DNA of 64,000 nucleotides from an uncultured delta proteobacterium. Lineage in GTDB: Bacteria > Myxococcota_A > Polyangia > Fen-1088. Made by a program: the position numbers and the translations under genes. Where the stretch lies: NCBI GenBank assembly GCA_963767925.1, contig CAVYGB010000008.1:2112001-2176000 (forward strand). The letters run 5' to 3'. Positions 21,863-30,816 of the stretch are shown in pieces. Below the pieces are notes generated by a model. It made no database searches and was not told the origin of the DNA. It saw only the letters and a program-made list of their open reading frames with translations. The first letter of the stretch is position 1. Each line of letters begins with the position of its first letter.

Positions 21863-22777
21863 ATGAGCTTCCCCCTCCGAAGCATCGTGTGTGCGACCGA
21901 CCTCAGCGAGGCATCCGACGAAGCGGTTCGTCAAGCCGGAGCGATCGCGGCACAGGCCGGCGCTCGGCTTGTCGTCGTGAGCGTCGTCCCACACATCGAC
22001 TTCGGTATGGAGGGGGCGCCAGCCATCCCAACGCGGCCCACCCCGGATCCGGGCGATGGCGAGCCGCTCTTGTTATCGGCGATCGGGGATCAGGTCAGGC
22101 GCACGGCCGTGCGAAGCCCGAGCGAGCTCAAGGCGCTGATTACCCGTCGCCCGCCGTACGCGGTCATCGTCGAATACGCCGACCAGATCAAGGCCGATCT
22201 CGTGGTCGTGGGGTCGAGAGGCGGCACTGGATTGCGCCTCTCGCTCCTTGGATCGGTTGCCGAAGCAGTGGTCCGCCATGCCTCGTGCCCTGTCCTGGTC
22301 GCGCGCCCATCACCCGTCAGCGGCCGAATCATCGTGGCCACGGACCTGTCCGATCCGTCACTGCCGGCACTCGTCGCTGCCGACGCAGAGGCGCGCCGGC
22401 GTGGCGCCCGCCTGACCGCGGTCCACTGCCTTGACCTGCCGCCCACGCTGATGGCATTCGGCGCGGCGCCGCTACCGCCCGCGCCTTCCCAGCTCCCTGA
22501 CTCGCGAGCCGCCCTGGTCAAGGATGCCGACGCCCGGCTGCGCGCGGCTCTCCAGGAGGTGGGCATCTCCGGTGCTGAGGTGGCCGTCTATCAGGGACCT
22601 GCCGCCGCTGCGATCACGGAGCACGCCGACACGTCGTCGGCCGAGCTGGTTGTGGTGGGCACGCACGGCAAAACTGGTTTCGTGCGGCTGCTCATCGGCA
22701 GCGTCGCCGAGTCGGTCGCGAGGCACGCGCCGTGCTCGGTGCTGGTCGCTCGCATGCGAACCGTGGCCGGGTCGTGA
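21863..22777 (+). CDS. Tandem-domain universal stress protein
   Basis: Two USP domains: IVCATDLS..LVVVGSRG..LLGSVAEAVVRHASCPVLV and IIVATDLS..VVGTHG..IGSVAESVARHAPCSVLV. Confidence 0.93.
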   Translation: MSFPLRSIVCATDLSEASDEAVRQAGAIAAQAGARLVVVSVVPHIDFGMEGAPAIPTRPTPDPGDGEPLLLSAIGDQVRRTAVRSPSELKALITRRPPYAVIVEYADQIKADLVVVGSRGGTGLRLSLLGSVAEAVVRHASCPVLVARPSPVSGRIIVATDLSDPSLPALVAADAEARRRGARLTAVHCLDLPPTLMAFGAAPLPPAPSQLPDSRAALVKDADARLRAALQEVGISGAEVAVYQGPAAAAITEHADTSSAELVVVGTHGKTGFVRLLIGSVAESVARHAPCSVLVARMRTVAGS

Positions 22778-22930
22778 ATGTTGCGCGCCGGACCGCGGTC
22801 AACGCCGCGACCCGAGCGGAACCAGCAAGACGGGACGCAGCGATCCTAAGCGTTTCGACGAAGGCGATGGGATCACTCTGGATGAGCAGTCGCTCGTGTT
22901 CGACCCTTTCCGGCGGCGGGAGCTGGTGAC

Positions 22931-23092
22931 ATCCGGCGCGATCCCGAGATGACAGCCGCGCCGGTGCTCATCATCGGTGCCGCTCGCCACAACGGTCCGA
23001 ACCGGGCGGCCGCGCTGGTCGAGGAACCCTGGCGGCCGGCAGCGGTCCTGGCGACCGCCCGCCTGTATCTGGAAGCCCAGGCCTCGCAGTGA
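22931..23092 (+). pseudogene. Receiver-domain C-terminal remnant, paralogous to 11560-11722
   Basis: IRRDPEMTAAPVLIIGAARHNGP...RLYLEAQASQ* versus IRRDP-EIGTAPILIMGAASNDGP...RRYLEAEASA*. Confidence 0.6.
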
Positions 23093-23095
23093 CGT

Positions 23096-24448
23096 TCAGG
23101 TCTTTCCTCGCACCTCCCTTCGGTAAAGAGTGGACGGATCGATTCCCAGCACCTCTGCCGCCCGAGTCTTGTTGCCGCCCATGCGTTCCAGCACCCAGTT
23201 GATGTATTCCTGCTCGAGCTCCCGGAGCGACACCATCTCCCGCTTGGCGCGGTCGAGGGGGTGTTTGATCACGACGGCGAGGGAGGCTTCCAGTTCCTTC
23301 GGACCGACGGTAGCGGAGCTCCCCGTCACCACGGCGCTTTCGATGACGTGCTCGAGCTCGCGCACGTTTCCGGGCCAGGTGTGCTCTTCGAGGAGTCGCA
23401 GGGCTTCTGGCGCGAAGGATTGCACCACCGACCCCGGGACACGGGCCCGCACCCGAGTCACGAAGTGATCGGCCAGAAGCGGAATGTCCTCGCGACGCTC
23501 GCGCAGCGGCGGCAGCCGCACGGTGACCACCTTGAGTCGATAGTAGAGGTCCTCCCGGAAGCGGTTCTCCGAGACGAGGTCCTCGAGCACCCGGTGGGTG
23601 GCGGCCAGGATCCGGACGTCGCAGCGCCGAACGGTGTCGCTGCCCACGGCGCGAATCTCCCCCGACTCCAGCACGCGCAGGAGCTTTGCCTGCAGAGCCA
23701 TCGGCATATCCCCGATCTCGTCGAGCAAGAGCGTCCCGCCATCCGCCTCGACGAACAGGCCCTTGCGGGCCTGGGTCGCCCCGGTGAAGGCGCCGCGCGC
23801 GTGTCCGAACAGCTCGCTCTCCAGCAGCGCCTCGGGCAAAGCAGCGCAGTTGACCGCCACGAAAGCATGGCGCGCCCGTGGCCCCTGGTGGTGCATGGCG
23901 CGCGCCACCAGTTCCTTGCCGGTCCCGGTTTCCCCGATGATCAAGGCGGGGCTCGGAACGGCCGCCAGCCGCTCGATGAGCTCGTAGACCTGCTGCATCT
24001 CCCGGCTTTTTCCCAACAGGCTGGCAAACGAGTAGCGCTCCTCGACCTCCCGGCGGAGTCTCTGGTTCTCGGATCTCAGCGAGCGCTCAGCGCAGGCACG
24101 CTCGAGCAGGACCCGGACCACCGCCATCTTGAAGGGTTTGGTGACGTAGTGGTACGCGCCGCGCCGAATGGCCTCGACGGCGTTTTCAATGCCGCCAAAG
24201 GCGGTCATGATCACGACGGCCGCATCGGGATCGAGCCGTTTGATGGATTCCAGGACGTCCATGCCATCGACGTCCTTCATCCGGAGATCGGTGAGGACCG
24301 CGTCGGCGGGCGCCGCGGAGAACCGGGCCACGCCCTCTGCGCCGCCTGCGGCCGTGTCCACCTCGAAGCCGCTGGCCGCCAGGAACTCGGCCACCGTGCT
24401 GGCCATCTCGGCGTTGTCATCGATCACGAGCACGCGTGGTTTAGGCAT
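23096..24448 (-). CDS. sigma54-dependent response regulator (NtrC/AtoC-type: REC-AAA+-Fis HTH)
   Basis: LVIDDN, TDLRM, GETGTGKE, ESELFGH..GAFTGA, FREDLYYRL, WPGNVREL, GNKTRAAEVLGI. Confidence 0.95.
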   Translation of the reverse strand: MPKPRVLVIDDNAEMASTVAEFLAASGFEVDTAAGGAEGVARFSAAPADAVLTDLRMKDVDGMDVLESIKRLDPDAAVVIMTAFGGIENAVEAIRRGAYHYVTKPFKMAVVRVLLERACAERSLRSENQRLRREVEERYSFASLLGKSREMQQVYELIERLAAVPSPALIIGETGTGKELVARAMHHQGPRARHAFVAVNCAALPEALLESELFGHARGAFTGATQARKGLFVEADGGTLLLDEIGDMPMALQAKLLRVLESGEIRAVGSDTVRRCDVRILAATHRVLEDLVSENRFREDLYYRLKVVTVRLPPLRERREDIPLLADHFVTRVRARVPGSVVQSFAPEALRLLEEHTWPGNVRELEHVIESAVVTGSSATVGPKELEASLAVVIKHPLDRAKREMVSLRELEQEYINWVLERMGGNKTRAAEVLGIDPSTLYRREVRGKT

Positions 24449-26519
24449 GGGCCCGGACTTCCTCCAACGCTACCGGCCAGGTCAGCGCCACCGTGCTCCC
24501 TACCCCCTTCTGGCTCCGCAGGACGATCTCTCCTTGATGGTTTCGCACGATACTCACGGCCACGGGAAGACCCAGGCCGGTGCCTTCACCTCGCTTCTTC
24601 GTCGTGAAGTAGGGATCGAACACGGCGTTCAGGTCCTCGACCGCGATGCCACAGCCGTCGTCCTGGACCTCGATGGAGACCTGGCTCGAACCGCTGCCCG
24701 TCCGGACACGGATCGTGATCGACCCGCCGCTGTCGCAGGCGTCGCAGGCATTGAGGAGCAGGTTGACCAGAACCTGCTGGAGCTGGTCGGGATCGGCCGA
24801 GATGCGCGGAACATTGAGCTCGGTATCCATCCGGACGAAGAGCGCCTTCTGCCGGAGCCGCCAGTCCAGCATCGATATCGCGGCATCCACGGCCTTGTTC
24901 ACGTCTACCGGCTTGCGCTCGACCGGTTGCGTCCGGGCGAAATCGAGCACCTGCCGGATGGTGGACGTGATCTGGTCGATCTGGTGGACCACGGATTCGA
25001 CGTCCCGGGCGATGGCGGGATCCTTGACCTTGCTCAGGAGCAGCTCCGCCCGACCGCGTATGATCCCCAGCGGCGTTCCGATCTCGTGCGCCAAACCCGC
25101 CGTCAGCACACCGACGGTGATGAGCTTCTCCGCGCGCACCAGCTGCTTTTCCAGGCTCTTCAGCTCCGAGAGGTCCTCGATCAGCAGCAGCGCGCTCACG
25201 TCCTGAGCGGGCCGATTCAGCGGTATCACGCGGATGTCGAAGTGGCCCGGTCGCCAGGCGAACAGACCGAGCTTGTCCGCGGCGATGGTCTGGGTCCGTT
25301 GCGCCGACAGGGCTTCTTCCAGAGTGCGGCTCAGCTGGGCGGCGGCTGCCTCATTGCCGCCGCTGAGCGCCTCGACCACCGGAGCACCGATGGGCACCTT
25401 GGCCACGCGTTCGGTCAGGAATCGATTGGTCAGCGCCACGCGGCCCTCTGCGGTTATGCCGATCAGCCCGGCGGAGACGTTCTCCACCAGCTTCTCGGTC
25501 CTCTCCCGCAGGTCCGCCAGCTCCTGGGTATGCCGCAGCCGCTCGGTCAGGACGACCGAGCGGCGCTGATGACGCACGATATAGGCCCCCACGCCCGTCA
25601 GGGCCGCCGCGAGGGCCAGCGAGGTCGCCACCAGCCACCACAGCAGCGACCGCTCTCGGGCTTCTATGGACTCCGCGGTGGCGATGGTAACCATGGTCCA
25701 CCGGCCGCTGCCCCGCTCTGTGCTTGCCCAGGCGATCGCGGCTGGCCGGCTGGGAAGTCCGACGGCAGCCGGCACCAGGTCGGCGTTCCAGGTCTGACCG
25801 CGCGACTCGCGGAGGGTCGCCATCAACGACGCCAGTCCGGGTATCGACGGCCACTCGTTGCGGGTAAAGGCCCGACAGGTCGAGGGTTGGCGGCATCCGA
25901 CCCAGATGGAGCGTCCCGGGTCCACGAGCAAGTAGTGCACCGCCGAAGAACGTGAACGGAGCACAAGTTGCAGCATGTACCGCGCCTCGGAAACCAGGAC
26001 CACCGCTTCCGCCGATCCCTCCGGCCGCGCGTACACGAAGAACTGCCGACCATCTGGACCTTCGCGCGGTCCGGAAAAGACCGGAGCTCCGGTCTTCGTG
26101 GCCTCCTGGGCCGCCGGAACACTCCAGCGCAGGAAGGCTTGCCCGACCGGAGCGGTTTCCGCCGAATCGATGGCGCCAACCGCGACGACCTCCTTCCGGA
26201 ACAGGTAGATCGCGCGGTAGTGCCGCACCACCGTGGCAAGCGCCTGGAATCCGGCGAGCAGGAAGCTGTCCTCCTCCGCGGCATCGAGGCTGGGCCGCGT
26301 GCGGGCTCGGCTCAGGAGCGTGGTGACCAGACGGCCGTCGTCGTCGAGGCCGGCGAGCTCCTTCTCCAGGTCACTGACCAGCTGACCGGCCGTCTCCATC
26401 TGAGCCGCCCCGAAATCCCCCAGGAGCCGGTTCCGCTCGTACCGCAGGCCGGCCAGTGCTAGCGCCAGCACGGCGGCAACGAGCAGTCCCACCAGGGGAA
26501 GGAGGATTCTCGAGCGCAC
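24441..26519 (-). CDS. Membrane sensor histidine kinase with periplasmic and PAS-like domains
   Basis: Two TM helices, H-box LAHEIGTPL, NLLLNA.DA, DDGCGI, FDPYFTTK..GTGLGL; overlaps the regulator start. Confidence 0.92.
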   Translation of the reverse strand: MRSRILLPLVGLLVAAVLALALAGLRYERNRLLGDFGAAQMETAGQLVSDLEKELAGLDDDGRLVTTLLSRARTRPSLDAAEEDSFLLAGFQALATVVRHYRAIYLFRKEVVAVGAIDSAETAPVGQAFLRWSVPAAQEATKTGAPVFSGPREGPDGRQFFVYARPEGSAEAVVLVSEARYMLQLVLRSRSSAVHYLLVDPGRSIWVGCRQPSTCRAFTRNEWPSIPGLASLMATLRESRGQTWNADLVPAAVGLPSRPAAIAWASTERGSGRWTMVTIATAESIEARERSLLWWLVATSLALAAALTGVGAYIVRHQRRSVVLTERLRHTQELADLRERTEKLVENVSAGLIGITAEGRVALTNRFLTERVAKVPIGAPVVEALSGGNEAAAAQLSRTLEEALSAQRTQTIAADKLGLFAWRPGHFDIRVIPLNRPAQDVSALLLIEDLSELKSLEKQLVRAEKLITVGVLTAGLAHEIGTPLGIIRGRAELLLSKVKDPAIARDVESVVHQIDQITSTIRQVLDFARTQPVERKPVDVNKAVDAAISMLDWRLRQKALFVRMDTELNVPRISADPDQLQQVLVNLLLNACDACDSGGSITIRVRTGSGSSQVSIEVQDDGCGIAVEDLNAVFDPYFTTKKRGEGTGLGLPVAVSIVRNHQGEIVLRSQKGVGSTVALTWPVALEEVRAHA

Positions 26520-26750
26520 GGCGTAAATGTAGCCGGCCCCGGCCGCTGGCGCGGGACCCTCTTCGACCCGCAGATGGCTGCTTTTCTTGGGCACCCCGGA
26601 ACCACCCCTTCGGCAGCGAGCACCGGTGGCAACCGCTGCCCGCAATGGACCATCAGGGCAGCAATAGTGGTGCCCGCCTGGAAAAGCAAACGGACGCGCC
26701 CCGGCCACCTCAGCCTGCCGGAGCTCGGCGGGACGCAAACAGCCGCCTCC

Positions 26751-26765
26751 TGGCACGTGGCCTGT
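26751..26765 (+). promoter_or_regulatory. Possible sigma54 promoter divergent from the kinase, with upstream dyads
   Basis: TGGCACG-TGGC-CTGT; dyads GGCAGCG..CGCTGCC (26612-26640) and GGGCA..TGCCC (26656-26675). Confidence 0.4.
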
Positions 26766-27046
26766 ATCCTCCGCCGCCCGGGATGCTCGAGCGGCAGCAA
26801 CCAGCCGTGACTTTGCGGCCTTCGGACACACCCGCCGCTCGTGCAGATCGCCCTGCCGGCGTTGCCCGATGCATGGCCGGTCCTCGACGCGCCAAGAAGC
26901 ACTGGCACCCGACCGCCGGGACGCCGGGGCCGCGCCCGACGGTTCTGCTGCTGCGGCGGGATGCATCCGCAGAATCCGCAGAAGCGCCGCGCCTGCCCCA
27001 CGACGACACGCCTGCGGTCCGAGCCTTGCTTCGGGCGCTCTGACTC

Positions 27047-27814
27047 ATGCGGCCCCTGGTTCTCTTTTCGGCGGTCTGCGCAGCCGTGGTACTCGGATCG
27101 TTGGGTGCGTCGGCCACGACTGATCACTCGCCCTACCCGTCCACCTCGCCGTGCTGGTCCTGCTTGGAGCCACGGGCCTTGCGCTGGGTGCCCTGGAGCT
27201 GCTTCTGACCCGGGCCGCGGTAGACCTTGCCCGGCTAATCCCAGCGCGACTGTCCCGACCCGCCGCGTGGGCAGTCAGCACGACCGTGCTGCTTTCCCCC
27301 CTGCTGGCCCTGCTCGCGACCGCGGCATTCTCCGGCCACCATGCGCGAACCCAGGCACTCGCCGATTTGCGCTCGCCCGAGGCGACCCACTTCATGAAGG
27401 AGCGGCTCGAGGACGAGCCTTACACCACCGTTCGAGCCGCCCTGGCCCGGGCTCTCGGCGGGTCCCGGGGAGCCAGAGGCCATGCGTGCTCTGCGGGCCC
27501 TCTTTCGACACGAAACCGAACAACCGGTCCTGGCCACCACCGCCCGGGCACTGGTCGACCTCCGAGCAGGCCAACCAATCGAACGCGGGCGGAGTCTCAG
27601 CGTACCACCCAGGGCCCGTGAGCTGTGGCTGGTCTCCCCCGGACCCGCCCGGCGATCGGTGAAGGTGCAGCTCGAAGGAACCGGCCCGCGCCAGCTCGTA
27701 AGGCTCGTCGACGGTCCCTCACCCCGCGAGGCCTATGCCCTGGCCCTACCAAGACCCCGCCGGCACCGCTCGCTTCGCGTCTTCCCCTCGACCGGTCACG
27801 CGCTGTTTCGATGA
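27047..27814 (+). pseudogene. Frameshifted membrane protein remnant with HEAT-like repeat
   Basis: TM segments joined to LEDEPYTTVRAALARALG/AMRALRALFRHETEQPV; at least two frameshifts. Confidence 0.4.
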
Positions 27815-28183
27815 CGCCATCCCCGCCGAACGGTCGACGGTAGTCCCACGTAGGTCTGGGCGGTGCTCGGCCGTTCTGGTGCTGGCGCGGCGGTGAGTAT
27901 CCTCACCGTGAGCACGCTACCGGACATACCAGCGCCGATCTGCGGGCGTACGGACGACGGGGCCACCGGCGGGGCCCGGGCTCTCAACATTCTGAGCATC
28001 CTAGGACAGGGACGTCGCCTCGCGGGCGCCATCCCTACCGACCCATCGCGAACGTGCTTTCCGCGCTCGATGGCGGACGGGACCACCCGGAAAAAACATC
28101 ACCTCCGGGTCGACAAGAAATCCGTCGGTCGGGAACTGGAGAGAGGGAGGCTCCCTCCCGGAGGAGGGCACCCCGTCGCCCGG

Positions 28184-29425
28184 TCAAGGGTCGAGGGTGA
28201 AGAGGAAGCTGACGGTGCCGCTGGCGGTGCCGACGGGCACGAGCGCGGTCGGAAGGCCGAGCGGGGAGAGCGTGCCGGTGCGGGGGTCGATGCGGTAGGT
28301 GGTGAGGAGGGGCTGGCCGCGGTGAGGGTCGGTGGCGCCCTGGCCGCCCAGGAAGAGGAGGTCGCCCAGGATCAGCGGGGACTGCAGGCCGGTGTGGGTG
28401 AGCTCGTGGGTGCCGAGGCCGGACTCGCGCTCGAGGAAGGTGAGAAGGCCGGTGGCGGGGTGGATCGAGAAGGCGTCGACGAGGGCCAGGCGGGTGCCGG
28501 CGACGTAGCCGAGGGCGTAGAGGAAGCGGCCGCTCTCGTGCAACGAGAGCGCGGTCCAGTAGATCGGCTCGGCGGGGACCGGGTTGTCCTGGAAGGCCTG
28601 GGCGCGGAGCAGACCGGTCGTCCCGGCGTGGGAGAACAGGCCGATGGCGTTCTCCTCGATGCTGTAGACCCAGCTGCCGTTGCGGTGGCTGTCGAGGCCG
28701 AGGACGGTGCGGCCGAGGGAGCCTTCGGCGTGGGGGGGATCGCGGGGGGTGATGGTGCCGGAGGTGGGCTCGAAGGCGTACTGGAAGATGGCCTCGCCGT
28801 CGAAGCCGTAGAAGTGGCGGCCCGACGGATCCCAGGCGAAGCCGTAGAACTCCTGCGAGATGATCCGGGGCGCGCCCAGGGCGCCGCTGCCGCTGTCCAC
28901 CGGCAGGAGCTGGTCCTCGAGGCCGGGCGAGCCGTTGGTGGCGGAGAGCAGCAGCCAGGGGGCGGTGGGGTGCAAGATGAGCTGGGTGACCCCCTCGACC
29001 ATGGGATGGGGGAGCGGCAGCTCGCCGGCGCGGGTGAGGGCGCCGGTGCCGGGCGCCACCGCAAAGGTCAGCAGCGCCAGGGGCGTGCCGACCTGGGTCT
29101 GCACGTAGACGCGCCGGTTGCGCGGGTCGACCTCGGCCAGGCGGGCGTCGTCACCGGCCGGGACCGAGGCCCCGGGGCGGAGCGCGCCCGTCGATCGATC
29201 CACGGCGAAAGCGTGGATGGCGGTGCTGGTGCCGGCATAGACGAACGCCGGCCCGGCCGGCGCGGCGTCCGGGCCGCAGGCGACGAGCCCGGCGCAGGCC
29301 AGCGCGATGGCCGCCGCCCGACCGCCGGCCGGGGCGCGGCCCGCCGGAGGGCTTCCCCGGCGGTCGAAGGCCGGCCGAGCCACGGGAGCAGCGGCGCGGG
29401 CAAGGGGTCGCCGGCCTCGCTTCAC
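28184..29425 (-). CDS. Lactonase-family (6-phosphogluconolactonase-like) beta-propeller lipoprotein
   Basis: Lipobox LVAC; repeated blades FAVDRSTGAL, FSIHPATGLL, YRIDPRTGTL, DPSGRHFY. Confidence 0.75.
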   Translation of the reverse strand: MKRGRRPLARAAAPVARPAFDRRGSPPAGRAPAGGRAAAIALACAGLVACGPDAAPAGPAFVYAGTSTAIHAFAVDRSTGALRPGASVPAGDDARLAEVDPRNRRVYVQTQVGTPLALLTFAVAPGTGALTRAGELPLPHPMVEGVTQLILHPTAPWLLLSATNGSPGLEDQLLPVDSGSGALGAPRIISQEFYGFAWDPSGRHFYGFDGEAIFQYAFEPTSGTITPRDPPHAEGSLGRTVLGLDSHRNGSWVYSIEENAIGLFSHAGTTGLLRAQAFQDNPVPAEPIYWTALSLHESGRFLYALGYVAGTRLALVDAFSIHPATGLLTFLERESGLGTHELTHTGLQSPLILGDLLFLGGQGATDPHRGQPLLTTYRIDPRTGTLSPLGLPTALVPVGTASGTVSFLFTLDP

Positions 29426-29433
29426 CCGGACCG

Positions 29434-30789
29434 CTACGCCATCAGGATGGGGATGTTGCCGGGCTTGCCGAGGTCGCCGACCTGGTTCACGTCGGTCACG
29501 CCCATGACCTGGCAGGCGGTCACCAGGAGCTGCGAGAAGTCCGTGTCCGGCCCCAGCTCGAGCAGGCGGCCGGTCTTGAGCTTCTTGCCGGCGCTGCCGG
29601 CCACCAGGGTGATGGGCGGGGTCACGTTGTGGGCGGCGCCTTCGGTGAGCTCGTTGGCGTAGATCAACATCGTGTTGTCGAGCAAGGTGCCGTCACCCTC
29701 GGGGACGCTGTCGAGCTGCTGCAGCAGCTCGGCCATGCGCTGCATGTTCCAGCGCTCGATGGCCGCCTTCTGCAGGCGGGCCTGGGCCGAGGTGTTGTGC
29801 GACAGGGTGTGGTGGCCGGTGTTCACGCCGACCCAGGTGTGCTGGACCATGCTGAACGACCGGGACCACTGCAAGCTGGCCACCCGCGTGCGGTCGCAGG
29901 CCAGGGCGGCCACCGCCAGCGAGTTCTGGATCGCCAGCAGCTCGGGGTAGCTGGCGTTGGCCTTGAGGTCGATGCCCGGCTTCATCGCCGGGGAGCCACA
30001 GGCGCCCGCCACCGGGGCGGTGGGCGAGTTGACTGGCTGGAGCAGGCGCTTCTCGACCGCGGAGAGGCTCTCCAGGTGCTGCTCGAGCTTGAGCCGCTCG
30101 CCCCGGTCGATGCGCCGGTTGAGGGCGTTCAGCTCGCGCCGCACGAGATCGATGGCGCTGGCCCGGCGGGCTCGCACCCGCGCGAGATCCTCGGGGCGGA
30201 TGCCGGTGGGCGCGGTGGCGCTGCCGAGCATGAGCCGGTCGAGCATCTTGTACGGGCTGGATTCGGGCTGGATCGGCTGATCCGACCCGGCGTAGAGCAT
30301 GACGCTGAGGAGCCGCGAGTTGGCCCCCGGCCCGTCGTGCTGCACGCCGAACTCCAGGCTGGGGAAGGCGTGGGTCTGGGGGATCTTCTTGGCGATGATC
30401 TGATCGACAGAGGGGTTCTTGGAGTAGCCGCCGAAGGGCGAGCCGGGGTTGCGGCTGGAGGCGGTCCACAGGCAGACCATGGCCGACTCGTGCCCGCCGG
30501 GGCCGCTCTTCACCCGGCGCATGCCCTTGGGGAAGATCAGCTTGTCCTTGAAGGGGGCGAGCGGCTCGCTGATCGAGCCGGGGGCGAAGGTGAAGGCGGT
30601 CTCGGTGCCGGTCGGCCAGTACTGGTCGGGCACCGAGCCGTTGCCGGAGAACACCAGCAGGACGCGGGTGGGGTAACCGGCGGGCGACAGCCCCTGCGCC
30701 TTGGCCCGTCGCCCGAAGAAGGGCACGAAGGGCGACAGCGCCGCGCCGGCGGCCATCGCTCCCAGGAAATCACGACGTGTGCTTCTCAT
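29434..30789 (-). CDS. DUF1552-domain protein with Tat signal
   Basis: TRRDFLG Tat motif; SVDQIIA, KLEQHLES..VEKRL, ALACDRTRVASL, HHTLSH, EGDGTLLDNT. Confidence 0.88.
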   Translation of the reverse strand: MRSTRRDFLGAMAAGAALSPFVPFFGRRAKAQGLSPAGYPTRVLLVFSGNGSVPDQYWPTGTETAFTFAPGSISEPLAPFKDKLIFPKGMRRVKSGPGGHESAMVCLWTASSRNPGSPFGGYSKNPSVDQIIAKKIPQTHAFPSLEFGVQHDGPGANSRLLSVMLYAGSDQPIQPESSPYKMLDRLMLGSATAPTGIRPEDLARVRARRASAIDLVRRELNALNRRIDRGERLKLEQHLESLSAVEKRLLQPVNSPTAPVAGACGSPAMKPGIDLKANASYPELLAIQNSLAVAALACDRTRVASLQWSRSFSMVQHTWVGVNTGHHTLSHNTSAQARLQKAAIERWNMQRMAELLQQLDSVPEGDGTLLDNTMLIYANELTEGAAHNVTPPITLVAGSAGKKLKTGRLLELGPDTDFSQLLVTACQVMGVTDVNQVGDLGKPGNIPILMA

Positions 30790-30816
30790 TTGTCTCCTCG
30801 GTCTCCCAGGTGCGCG

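Noticed and set aside
27840..27890. STAQTYV on the minus strand resembling tyrosine recombinase box II near the putative island edge
   Set aside because: Too short; lacks LGH and HxxR motifs; no att site or tRNA seen.
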